The notes beneath the pieces were generated by a model. That model was not told the DNA's origin and did not search any database. It worked only from the letters and a program-made list of their open reading frames with translations. The position numbers and the translations under genes are program-made. Below are positions 35,080 to 47,200 of a DNA stretch of 64,000 nucleotides, one piece after another (the stretch's first letter is position 1; each line of letters starts with the position of its first letter). This DNA is from Squalus acanthias (lineage: Eukaryota): the NCBI GenBank assembly GCA_030390025.1, contig CM059432.1, forward strand, positions 152,150,001 to 152,214,000, in the 5' to 3' direction.

Positions 35080-35117
35080 TTAGTGGGGGGGAGGTTTCAA
35101 GAGAGCAAAAAATAAAA

Positions 35118-38074
35118 ATGACAACAGAGAGGGTCATAGACATAGGTAGCAGTAGGGGAATCACAAATCAGAGCGTGGCAGGAAGGGACAGAGTGTGTGG
35201 AGTAAAAGGTAAACTGGTAAAAAGTGAAAAAGCAGGAACTAAGTGCCACAAAGCATATTTGAAAGTTCTCTATCTGAATGCACGTAGCATTCGTAACAAA
35301 ATAGACGAGTTAATGGCACAAATAACTACATATGGTTATGATATTGTGGCCATTACAGAAACATGGCTGCAGGGTGACAATGCCTGGGAATTAAACATAC
35401 CAGGTTATTTAACGATCAGGAAGGACAGGCAGGAAGGAAGGGGAGGTGGGGTGGCTATGTTAATAAAGGAAGGAATCACTGTAATACAGAGTAATGATAT
35501 TGGGTCAAAAAATCATGATAATGAAACAGTTTGGGTGGAGATAAGGAATAATAAGGGGAAAAAAACATTAGTGGGCGTAGTCTATAGGCCTCCGAACAGT
35601 TGCAACTCTATTGGACGGAGTATCAATCAGGAAATAGTTGAGGCATGTAATAAGGGAACATCTATAATTATGGGGGATTTTAACTATCATATTAATTGGA
35701 CAAATCAAATGGGGCAGGGCTGCCTTGAGGATGAGTTCATTGAGTGTATTAGGGATGGGTTTCTTGAGCAGTATGTAACTGAACCGACCAGGGGGCAAGC
35801 AACCTTAGATCTGGTCCTGTGTAACGAGACAGGATTAATTAAAAATGTCCTAGTAAAGGATCCCCTTGGAATGAGTGACCATAACATGGTTGAATTCCAT
35901 ATTCAATTAGAGGGTGAGAAGGTTGGATCTCAAACAAGCGTGCTAAGCTTGAATAAAGGAGACTATGAAGGTATGCGAGCGGAATTGAGTAGAGTGGATT
36001 GGGAAAATAGATTAAAGGGTAAGACGACACATGATCAGTGGTGTACATTCAAGGAGTTATTTTACAACTTCCAAAAAAAATATATTCCACTGAAAAGAAA
36101 AGGGTGTAAAAGAAAGGACAGTCATCCGTGGCTAAGTAAAGAAATTAAGGATAGTATTCGACTAAAAACAAGGGCATATAAGGTAGCGAAATCTAGTGGG
36201 AGGACAGAGGATTGGGAAAACTTTAAAAGGCAGCAAAAAATAACAAAAAGATTGATTAAGAAAGGGAAGATAGATTATGAAAGTAAATTAGCAAAAAATA
36301 TAAAAACAGATAGTAAGAGTTTTTATAGTTATATAAAAAGAAAAAGGGTGGCTAAAGTAAATGTTGGTCCCTTAGAGGATGAGACCGGGAAATTAATGGT
36401 GGGAAATATGGAGATGGCAAAAACACTGAATGAATATTTTGTATCAGTCTTTACAGTAGAGGACACTAAGAATATCCCAACACTGGACAAACAGGGGGCT
36501 ATAGGGGGAGAGGAGCTAAACACGATCAAAATCACTAAGGAAGTGGTACTCGGTAAAATAATGGGACTCAAGGCGGATAAATCACCTGGACCTGATGGCT
36601 TACATCCTAGAGTCTTGAAGGAAGTGGCGGTAGGGATTGTAGATGCATTGGTAATAATTTTTCAAAACTCCCTGGATTCCGCTAAGGTCCCGGCAGACTG
36701 GAAAACTGCTAATGTAACACCCTTATTTAAAAAGGGCAGTAGACAGAAGGCTGGTAACTATAGACCGGTTAGCCTAACATCTGTGGTAGGTAAAATTTTG
36801 GAGTCCATTATTAAGGAAACAGTAACAGGACATTTGGATAATCATAATTTAATAGGACAAAGTCAGCATGGTTTTACGAAGGGGAAGTCATGTTTGACAA
36901 ATTTGCTGGAGTTCTTTGAGGAAGTAACATATAGAGTGGATAAAGGGGAACCAGTGGACGTAGTGTATTTAGACTTCCAAAAGGCATTTGACAAGGTGCC
37001 ACACAAAAGATTATTGCTTAAGGTAAAAAATCACGGGATTGGGGGTAATATTCTGGCATGGATAGAGGATTGGCTATCTAACAGAAAGCAAAGAGTTGGG
37101 ATAAATGGTTCATTCTCAGACTGGCAATCAGTAACTAGTGGTGTTCCACAGGGGTCAGTGCTGGGTCCCCAACTCTTCACAATCTATATTAACGATTTGG
37201 AGGAAGGGACCAAGTGTAACATATCAAAATTTGCAGATGATACAAAGATGGGAGGGAAAGTAGTGAGTGAGGAGGACATAAAAAAACTGCAAGGGGACAT
37301 AGACAGGCTAAGTAAGTGGGCAGAGATTTGGCAGATGGAATACAACACTGGAAAGTGTGAGGTGATGCACTTTGGCAGGAAAAATCCTAGAGCAATTTAT
37401 TATCTTAATGGCAAGAAACTGGAGAGTACTGAAGTGCAAAGGGATCTGGGGGTCCTGGTGCACGAAACTCAAAAGGTTAGTATGCAGGTGCAGCAAGTGA
37501 TTAAGAAGGCAAATGGAATGTTGGCTTTCATTGCTAGGGGGATAGAATATAAAAATAGGGAGGTATTGCTTCAGTTGTACAAGGTATTGGTGAGACCGCA
37601 CCTGGAATACTGCATACAGTTTTGGTGTCCTTACTTAAGGAAAGACATCCTTGCTCTCGAGGCAGTGCAAAAAAGGTTCACTCGGTTAATCCCGGGGATG
37701 AGGGGGTGGTCATATGAGGAGAGGTTGGGTAGATTGGGACTCGACTCTACTCATTGGAGTTCAGAAGAATGAGAGGCGATCTTATTGAAACATATAAGAT
37801 TGTGAAGGGGTTGGATCGGGTGGATGCGGGGAGGATGTTCCCGATGACGGGTGAGACGAGAACTAGGGGACATAGTCTTAGAATAAGGGGCCGCTCTTTC
37901 AAAACTGAGATGAGGAGGAACTACTTCACTCAGAGGGTGGTAGGTCCATGGAATATGCTGCCACAAAAAGCTGTAGAAGCTACAACATTAATTAAATTTA
38001 AAACAGAAATGGACAGTTTCCTAGAAGTAAAGGGCATTAAGGGTTACGGGGAGCGGGCAGGAATTTGGACATGA
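35118..38074 (+). pseudogene. CR1 ORF2 (APE endonuclease and RT) with one 5-bp duplication frameshift near the C-terminus
   Basis: An 884-aa open frame with YLNARS, GDFN, SDH, GVPQGS and FADD continues in another frame at 37754-38074. GACTC is duplicated at 37738-37747. Confidence 0.92.
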
Positions 38075-40705
38075 GTCTAGGTTCGGATCGGTCATGGCCC
38101 TGTGGGTAGTGGAGCGGGCCCAGGGACTGTGTAGCCTGATTCTGCTCCTATTTCGTGTGTGCAATTCTGTTAGATGCAGGAGATGGTTCTGTGATAGATA
38201 GTAGATTGGCGGTTAGGATCAGATCAGCCATGATCTTATTGAATGGCGGAGCAGGCTCGAGGGGCCGATTGGCCTACTCCTGCTCCTATTTCTTATGTTC
38301 TTATGTTCTAACCTTGGGAAGCTACAACACAGGACTACATGCATCCTAAAAAGCGGAAGCAGCATGCTATAGACAGGGCTAAGCGATCCCACAATCAACG
38401 GATCAGATCAAAGCTCTGCAGTCCTGCCACATCCAGTCCTGAATGGTGGTGGACCATTAAACAACTAACGGGAGGAGGAGGCTCCATGAATATCCCCATC
38501 CTCAATGATGGTGGAGTCCAGCACGTGAGTGCAAAAGACAAGGCTGAAGCGTTGGCAACCATCTTCAGCCAAAATGCCGAGTGGATGATCCATATCGGCC
38601 TACTCCTGAGGTCCCCACCATCACAGAAGCCAGTCTTCAGCCAATTCGATTCACTCAACGTGATATCAAGAAATGGCTGAGTGCACTGGATACAGCAAAT
38701 GCTATGGGCCCCGACAACATCCCGGCTATCGTGCTGAAGACTTGTGCTCCAGAACTAGCCGCGCCTCTAGCCAAGCTGTTCCAGTACTGCTACAACACTG
38801 GCATCTATCCGACAATGTGGAAAATTGCCCAGGTATGTCCTGTCCACAAAAAGCAGGACCCGCCCAATTCCCACCCCATCAGTCTACTCTCAATCATCAG
38901 CAAAGTGATGGAAGGTGTCATCGACAGTGCTATCAAGCGGCACTTACTCACCAATAACCTGCTCACTGAGGCCCAGTTTGGGTTCCGCCAAGACCACTTG
39001 GCTCCCGACCTCATTACAGCCTTGGCCCAAACATGGACAAAGGAGCTGAATTCCGGAGGTGAGGTGAGAATGACTGCCCTTGACATCAAGGCAGCATTTG
39101 ATCAAGTGTGGCATCAAGGAGCCCTAGTAAAACTGAAGTCAATGAGAATCGCGGGGGGGGGGAACGCTCCACTGGCTGGAGTCATACCCAGCACAAAGGA
39201 AGATGGTTGTGGAGGTTGAAGGTCAATCATCGCAGCCCCAGGACATCACTGCAAGAGTTCCTCAGGGCAGTGTCCTAGGCCCAACCATCTTCAGCTGCTT
39301 CATCAATGACCTTCCCTCCAACATAAGGTCAGAAATGGGGATGTTCGCTGATGACTGCACAGTGTTCAACGCCATTCACAACTCCTCAGATAATGAAGCA
39401 GTCCATGCCCGCATGCAACAAGACCTGGACGATGTTCAGGCTTGGGCTGATAAGTGGCAGGTAACATTCGCACCACAGAAGTGCCAGGCAATGACTATCT
39501 CCAACAAGCGAGTGTCCACCTCCCCTTGACATTCAACGGCATTACCATCGCCGAATCCCCCACCAACATCCTGGGGGGTCACCATTGACCAGAAACTTAA
39601 CTGGACCAGCCACATAAATACTGTGGCAACAAGAGCAGGTCAGAGGCTAGGTATTCTGTGGCGAGTGTCGCAACTCCTAACTCCCCAAAGCCTTTCAACC
39701 ATCTACAAGGCACAAGTCAGGAGTGTGATGGAATACTCTCCACTTGCCTGGATGAGTGCAGCTCCAACAACACACAAGAAGCTCGACACCATCCAGGTCA
39801 AAGCAGCCCGCTTGATTGGCACCCCATCCACCACCTTAACCATTCACTCCCTCCACCACTGGTGTACCGTGGCTGCAGTGTGTACCATCTACAAGATGCA
39901 CTGCAGCAACTCGCCAAGGCTTCTTCGGCAGCACCTCCCAAACCCGCGACCTCTTCCACCTAGAAGGACAAGGGCAGCAGGTGCATGGGAACACCACCAC
40001 CTCCAAGTTCCCCTCCAAGTCACACACCATCCTGACTTAGAAGTATATCGCCGATCCTTCATCGTCGCTGGGTCAAAATCCTGGAACGCCCTACCTAACA
40101 GCACTGTGGGAGTACCTTCACCATACGGACTGCAGCGGTTCAAGGCGGCAGCTCACCACCACCTTCTCCAGGGCAACTAGGGATGGGCAATAAATGCTGG
40201 CTTTGCCAATGACGCCATCATCCCATGAACGAATAAAAAAAAACTTTATACTGGTGTGAAATCTGGATCCTACATACAGTGCCATGTAAAAGACTGGAAA
40301 TGTTTGAAATGAGGATACTTTCCATAGCTTGGTACGGAGTTCGGTTGGACCAGAAAAATATCTGTTGAAATCATTAGCTCAAATGAGGACTTGATATTGT
40401 GCGTATATCATTTGAGAATCGAAGGACAGGTAATGTGTGAATTGTTAATGAGGATAATGGAAGGAAAGGCAGTGACCCATGTGGTTCAGGCATCAAGGAA
40501 TAGTGTAGAGTTAGGGAAGGTCGCTCAGATTAATAAACTGGCTTGGGATGGAGGTATATTCGATATCAAGGCCGCTAGCGTCCAGATTGAAGATGGCACT
40601 GGATGAAGAGGAGTCGCAGGGAGAAGAAAATGTATATCTGAGGCTTCTTTTCATCCCCATTCTTGGAAGTGCAAAAAGTGCAGCTATGGGCACCATCCCA
40701 TTACA

Positions 40706-41430
40706 ATAACAACTACTTGCATTTATATAGCGCCTTTAACTAGTAAACCATCCTAAGACACTTCACAAGAGCGTTATCAAACAAAATTTGACACCGAGCC
40801 ACATAAGGAGATATTAAGGCAGATGACCGAAAGCTTGGTCAAAGAGGTAGGTTTTAAGGAGCGTCTTAAAGGAGGAAAGAGAGGTAGCGAGGCAGAAAGG
40901 TTTAGGGAAGTATTTTAAAATCGAGGCGTTGCTCAAGCGGGAGCCAATGCAGGTCAGCGAGCACAGGGGTGAAGGGTGAATGGGACTTGGTGCGAGTAGG
41001 ATACGGGCAGCAGAGTTTTGATGAGCTTAAGTTTAATGAGGATAGAAGATGGGAGTCTGAGCAGGAGTGCGTTGAAATAGTCAAGTCTAGAGGTAACAAA
41101 GACATAAGGTTTCAGCAGCGGAGGAGGCAGGGGTGGAGCGTGTTTGGAAGCCCATCTCTGGGTCAAATACGAAACCAAGGTTGCGAACAGTCTGGTTCAG
41201 CCTCAGACAGTTTCCAGGGAGAGAGATGGAGTTGGTGGCTCAGGAAAGGAGTTTGTGGCGGGGACTGAAGACAGTGGCTTCGGTCTTCCCAATACTTAGT
41301 TGGAGGAAATTTCTACTCATCCAGTACAGACAAGCAGTCTGACAATTTAGAGACAGTGGAGGGGTCGAGAGAGATGGTGGTGAGGTAGAGGTGGGTGTCG
41401 TCAGTGTATATGTGGAAACTGATGGTCATA
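40706..41430 (-). mobile_element. L2 LINE 3' fragment
   Basis: FVTSRLDYFNALL and PVLADLHWLP peptides; L2-type 3' end (reverse complement aggcgctatataaatgcaagtagttgtt). Confidence 0.8.
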
Positions 41431-43259
41431 CAATTCTCCAATGGAAACTATAAAGCATTACATAGTATTCAATTTGCCCAAGAAGCCGCTATAACTGGAC
41501 ATTGCTAGGCAATAAAGATCAGTATCTTCCATTCTAAGTACAGTGAGCTATAGCAGGGCTCAAATACCTGTTGATGCATTTACCAAGCAGGTAATAGAAA
41601 GATTTTATAGCAAGTTTCTTTGCATTCATAACCAATGTCACCCAATCAGTACAAGAGGTTAAAAGCAACTTACAGGTTGTAGGAGCACTAAGAATGTATT
41701 ACTGTCACAGGTTATGCAACCCCTTAAAGTAACAGGAATACTTTGTGAAAGTCCAAATGTGAGAATAAATCTGACATCTGTGGATTAAGTATCCAGCTAT
41801 GGATGATGTATACCACAGGATTCCATTGCTGCCTGTGTGTTTACGCTTTGTTGAGCTGGCCCATTCAGACCACCAGCTACTGAAGGGATTTTAAACAAGG
41901 ATGTGGAGGGGATCCAATTAAAACTTCGAGGCCTTCTGCAAGAAATTGACAAATAACCCCCATAGCAGGGCACATTCAGTAATGACTGGCTTAGGGCTAT
42001 TATTCCTAGTGAGCTACTGCAAGTCTTTCAAAGGTGAAGGAAAGTATGTGGAAATACTTTTAGTTTAAAGTGCTGCTCTATTGATAGAAGAAAATAAGAA
42101 AATGTTAAAAATGTATTTGCAAAAACACAATTTTTTATTGCTGCCATGGAGACCCTAGGATCCCTTCCTGTTCGGCCAGTCCAGCAGTATTAATTACAGG
42201 TAGTGGGGTGGAAGAAGAGTTGCGACTTCAAACCAGCCTGAGAGCTGACCCCAGGAACCCATGTTATAGGTGGAGGTGCAGATTTCCCAGCATCTTTGGA
42301 GTAGCTTTCATAGCAATTCAAAGGCGTGGCCCCTATTTGCAATGGAACTGCTCAACGACTCATAGGGACGTTTCCCCTAGACCACCCTTCCCCATTAATG
42401 ATTTGTACAAATTGGTGCATTCACAGATTAGTCTTGTGAAAATAAATCTGTAAGAGGATCCAGACCTACAAATACTTTAAGACTCAGAAAGGTCTATATT
42501 GCCTAGCAATGTAAGGTGGGCTATACTGACTGAGGACAAGGACGCTGCATATTACAAAGGACAGAAACACTTGAAAGGATGCTAGTTGCCCGATTCTGGA
42601 TGTGGAAGGCTGTGAGGTAGAGGATTCTGGCTCTGGCGGTTTTTCTGTAAAGCAGATAACTTCCAAGTTTAGAGCTGCATTTGAGGCCAAATTAAAATTT
42701 TCCCAACTGCGATGTCCTCTGAAAATGCAGGATAGCAGAGTCAAAAGCACAACAAATCTCCAGAGAAGACAAGGATTTGTGTGCAAAAAATCTGCTGTGG
42801 ATTATGGGTAAAAACCAGCATCATCCCATTGAATTTTAATTGATTTCTGTTTACAGGCTTCGGTGCACTATCCATCTGGGATACAGAACGGATTAGTGAA
42901 AAGGAAATATGGAAAAGTCATATACAGATTATTTAGTACGATCGTAAGATCTCTCATAATAATTCTTAAACAGTTAGAATCACAAAGCAGCATTTCAAAA
43001 ACACTGGAAGGACAGGAGTCAATAGCTGCATTGTTCAAGTCCAAAATAAATTATAGGCACTGAATTACAAACTAACAGTAAACACAACAGTAGAAGCACA
43101 TTTTGTCTTTTAAAACAATGAGAAATTAAAAAATATTTTGTGTATTGCTAACAGAAAGGTTATGGACACAGTTGAATCTGTCATGTGAAGAAGCAAACGA
43201 TTCTTTAAGTTCTTAGATCTACAGTCCGAAGATATATAACATATGCAGTCAATCATCAT

Positions 43260-43347
43260 ACAGGCACATATCAGATATCTGGATATCAGCTTCATATTTC
43301 AACTGGAGTACCACTATAGCTGACTCCATGCTTCTGGTACTGAAATA
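43260..43347. repeat. 88-bp perfect direct repeat, copy 1
   Basis: Identical to 43967-44054. Confidence 0.92.
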
Positions 43348-43966
43348 AGCCTAAATTACCAAATTACATTGCTGTCAATGTTAATGACTTTCATTGCATC
43401 TTTGTGGGAATAACACCATTGGGTACATTTCTGATACTAGAATGTCCTGGTTGCATTTCAGTTATAATCCTATAATGAAAGAATTCCAGAAAGCCCATCC
43501 ACCTTATAATATCTTCATTCGTCAAATAAATCCAACAGCTGCCTGTACCACAGGATTAGCCCAGAAGTCAACTGGGAAAGATCACAAGGGTAGAGTTCCT
43601 TTAAAGTATTTCACTAATGAAGCTTTATTACTATCAATTGGTGATTAGAATTAAATGGCAATTTGCAAACACATACATCAAAAAGATACAAGAATGAGTG
43701 GTATATTTCCCATGATTTAAATTAATTGCTTCAAACAATCCTGACATTTCACCTTTGATTACGAGTGGAAAAGCAGGTGCATCCACTTCTTCATTTTGCA
43801 CATTTTTTAAATGTTGCATTATCGCAGCAAGGCAACAAATAGAACAGATATTCCCCATCACCTTGCAAAATTACTGCCTAATTTACACTACTCATAGATC
43901 CAGTAGCAGATTCATATTGTTACACCAGTGCATTGCAGATACTGCTTTGCAAATCCAAGACCAGCG

Positions 43967-44054
43967 ACAGGCACATATCAGATATCTGGATATCAGCTTC
44001 ATATTTCAACTGGAGTACCACTATAGCTGACTCCATGCTTCTGGTACTGAAATA
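43967..44054. repeat. 88-bp perfect direct repeat, copy 2
   Basis: Identical to 43260-43347. Confidence 0.92.
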
Positions 44055-44285
44055 TCATTATGTATAACGTCATGACACACACAGTGCACTGTCGAGGGGT
44101 CAGCCATACACACTGGGTACTCTTGTTTTTTCTGAATCACAGGAAATGGGTGTACTGTAAGAGTATGTTCAAGAGAAGCCATTTTAAACTCCTGCAAAAG
44201 GAGAAATACAAGTCCCTCAGATCCAAGATAAAGCAGAATCAGTCTGTACTTTAAATAATGTAAAGAATTACCCCTTTATGATCTA

Positions 44286-47200
44286 AGGAGCGGACCTGAG
44301 CGGGAGCGAATCGAGAGCTGAGTGGGGATAAAGAATGCGGCGAGAGCAGAGCAACTCAACACAGGCAGAATTTGAAACACTGACGTCAGAGTAAAAATCC
44401 TAAACTGATGTCAGCACAAGGGAAGGGGTTGATTGGTGAGTAGCTGGTGAGTGTTTAAGTTTTAAGTTTATTTCTGCTAAATTCTGCTAAAGAGCCTGGT
44501 CGGAGAGGGGCTCTTCAAGTTAGGGGCCGGGGTTAAATTGCTTGTTAGGGATAAAGCATGAGTTTGGAGATTAGTAACTGTTAATACTATATTAAATTAG
44601 TAACTGTTAATAACTTATTAATAACTTGAATTAGGTACATCTCAGTCTTAAGTTTCTGTAAAGTTAGTTAATAGTCGAATAAATAAAGGCATGGCAGCTC
44701 AGCCCCGCGGAATGCGCATCCTGTGCCATGTGGGAAATCCAGGACGCTTACCATGTCCTGGACATGGTTGTCCAGGAAGTGTCGTCAGCTGGAGGAGCTT
44801 GAGCTCCGGGTTTCGGAGCTCGAGCAGCAGCTGGCATCACTGTGGTGCATCAGCAAGGCTGAGAGCTACGTGGATAGCACGTTTCAGGAGGTGGTCACCC
44901 CGCAGCTAAGGAGTGTGCAGGCAAAGAGGGAATGAGTGATCGCCAGACAGAAGAGGACCACCAGGCAGGTAGTGCAGGAGTCCCCGGAGTGCATCTCGCT
45001 CTCCAACCAGTATTCTGTTCTGAGTACTAGTGAGGGCGATGGTTCCTCTGGGGAGTACAGCCAGAGCTCAAGTCCACGGCACCACGGGTGGCTCAGCTGT
45101 ACGGGGTGGGGGGAGGAGGAAGATAGGAAAAGCAATAGTAGTAGGGGATTTGATAGTTAGGGGAGCAGACGGGAGTTTCTGCGGCTGCAGACATAACTCC
45201 AGAATGGTATGTTGCCTCCCTGGTGCCAGGGTTAAGGATGTCATTGAGCGGTTGCAGAACATTGAGGGGGGAGGGCGGCCAGAGGTTGTGGTCCATATCG
45301 GTACCAACGATATAGGTAGAAAGAGGGATGAGGTCTTGCAGGCAGATTTCAGGGAGGTAGGAAAGAGATTAAAAGCAGGACCTCAAAAGGTAGTAATCTC
45401 TGGATTACTCCCGGTTCCACACGCGAGTGAGTACAGGAATAGGAGGATAGAGCAGATGAATGCGTGGCTGGTGTTGGTGCAGCAGGGAGGGCTTCAGATT
45501 CCTGGGGCATTGGGACTGGTTCTGGGGGAGGTGGGACCTGTACAGGCCGGACAGATTGCACCACAACCTGCCGGTACCAATATCTTCGCGGGGAGGTTTG
45601 CTAGTGCTGTTGGGGAGGGTTTAAACTAAGTTGGCAGGGGATGGGCACCAGGATGTAGCATTAGAAAGGAGAAACAAAGGGCACAAAGGATTGGAAGAGA
45701 CAGATAGCACTAAAGTAAGAAACAGCAAGGTATCATGTTTGACAAATCTGTTAGAGTTTTTTGGGATTGTAACTAGCAGAATAGATGAAAGGGGACCAGT
45801 GGATGTGGTGTATTTGGATTTTCAGAAGGCATTCAATAAGGTGCCACACATGAGGTTATTAAACAAAATTAGGGCTCATGGGATTGGGGGTAATATACTA
45901 GCATGGATTGAGGATTGGTTAACAGACAGAAAACAGAGATTAGAAATAAACGGGTCATTTTCGGGTTGACTGGCTGTAACTAGTGGGGTGCCGCAAGGAT
46001 CAGTGCTTTGGCCTCAGCTATTCACAATCTATATCAATGATTTGGATGAGAGGACCAAACGTAATATATCCAAGTTTACTGATGATACAAAGCTAGATGG
46101 GAATGTAAGTTGTGAGGAGGATGCAAAGAGGCTTCAAGGGGATATAGACAGGCTAAGTGAGTGGGCAAGAACATGGCAAATGGAATATAATGTGGAGAAA
46201 TGTGAGGTTATCCACTTTGGTAGGAAAAATAGAATAGCAGAGTATTTTTTAAATGGTGAGAGATTGGGAAATGTTGGTGTTCCGAGGGACCTGGGTGTCC
46301 TTGTATACGAATCACTGATTTGTTAACATGCAGGTACACCAAGCGATTAGGAAAGCAAATGGTATGTTGGCCTATATTACAAGAGGATTTGATTATAAGA
46401 GTAAAGACGTCTTACTGCAATTATATAGGGCCCTGGTGAGACCACACCTGGAGTATTGTGTACAGTTTTGGTCTCCTTACCTAAGGAAGAATATACTTGC
46501 CATCGAGGGAGTGCAATGAAGGTTCACCAGACTGGTTCCTGGGATGGGGGGATTGTCCCAAGAGGACAGATCGAGTAGACTAGGCCTATATTTTCTCGAG
46601 TTTAGAAGAATGAGAGGTGATCTCATTGAAACATACAAAATTCTTACAGGGCTTGACAGGGTAGATGCAGGGAGGACGTTTCCCCTGGCTGTGGAGTCTA
46701 GAACCAGGGGTCACAGTCTCAGAATAAGGGGTCGGCCATTTAGGACTGAGATGAGGACAAATTTCTTCACTCAGAGGGTGGTGAATCTTTGGAATTCTCT
46801 AACCCAGAGAGCTGTGGAGGCTCAATCGTTGAGTATATTCAAGACAGAGATCGATAAATTTTTGGATATTAAGCGAATCAAGGGATATGGGGATAGTGCA
46901 GGAAAGTGGAGTTGAGGTAGAAGATCAGCCATGATCTTATTGAATGGCGGAGCAAGCTCGAGGGGCCAAATGGCCTACTCCTATTTCTTATGTTCTTATG
47001 AGGTGGGGTCAGACTAATAGAACACAGGATAGTCCAAGATAGGTTTACAGTGTATGTATGTGAACGTACAAAGCATAGTAAACAAGGTTGGTGAGCTGCA
47101 GGCGCAAATAGCCACATGGGAATATGATGTCGTGGCAATAATGGAGACCTGGCTCAAAAAAGGGCAGGCTTGGGTATTATCTATTCCTGGATTTAAGGTG

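Larger units (their letters stand above)
33479..38309 (+). mobile_element. Young full-length CR1 LINE
   Basis: 5' monomer array, intact ORF1, ORF2 with a single frameshift, TTCTTATG tail. The host LINE sequence continues on both sides. Confidence 0.95.
31930..40243 (+). mobile_element. Degenerate CR1/L2-group (Crack/Daphne-like) LINE with a tRNA-like 5' head, split by a SINE and a full-length CR1
   Basis: APE remnants at 32330-33480 (GDFNVHH, SDH); RT at 38581-39529 ([25 protein letters not shown]); C-terminus at 39623-40180; A-rich end near 40243. Confidence 0.85.

Noticed and set aside
43260..44054. TRIM or mini LTR retrotransposon
   Set aside because: No TG...CA termini, primer-binding site, polypurine tract or TSD was seen. 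Kept only as an unexplained direct repeat.
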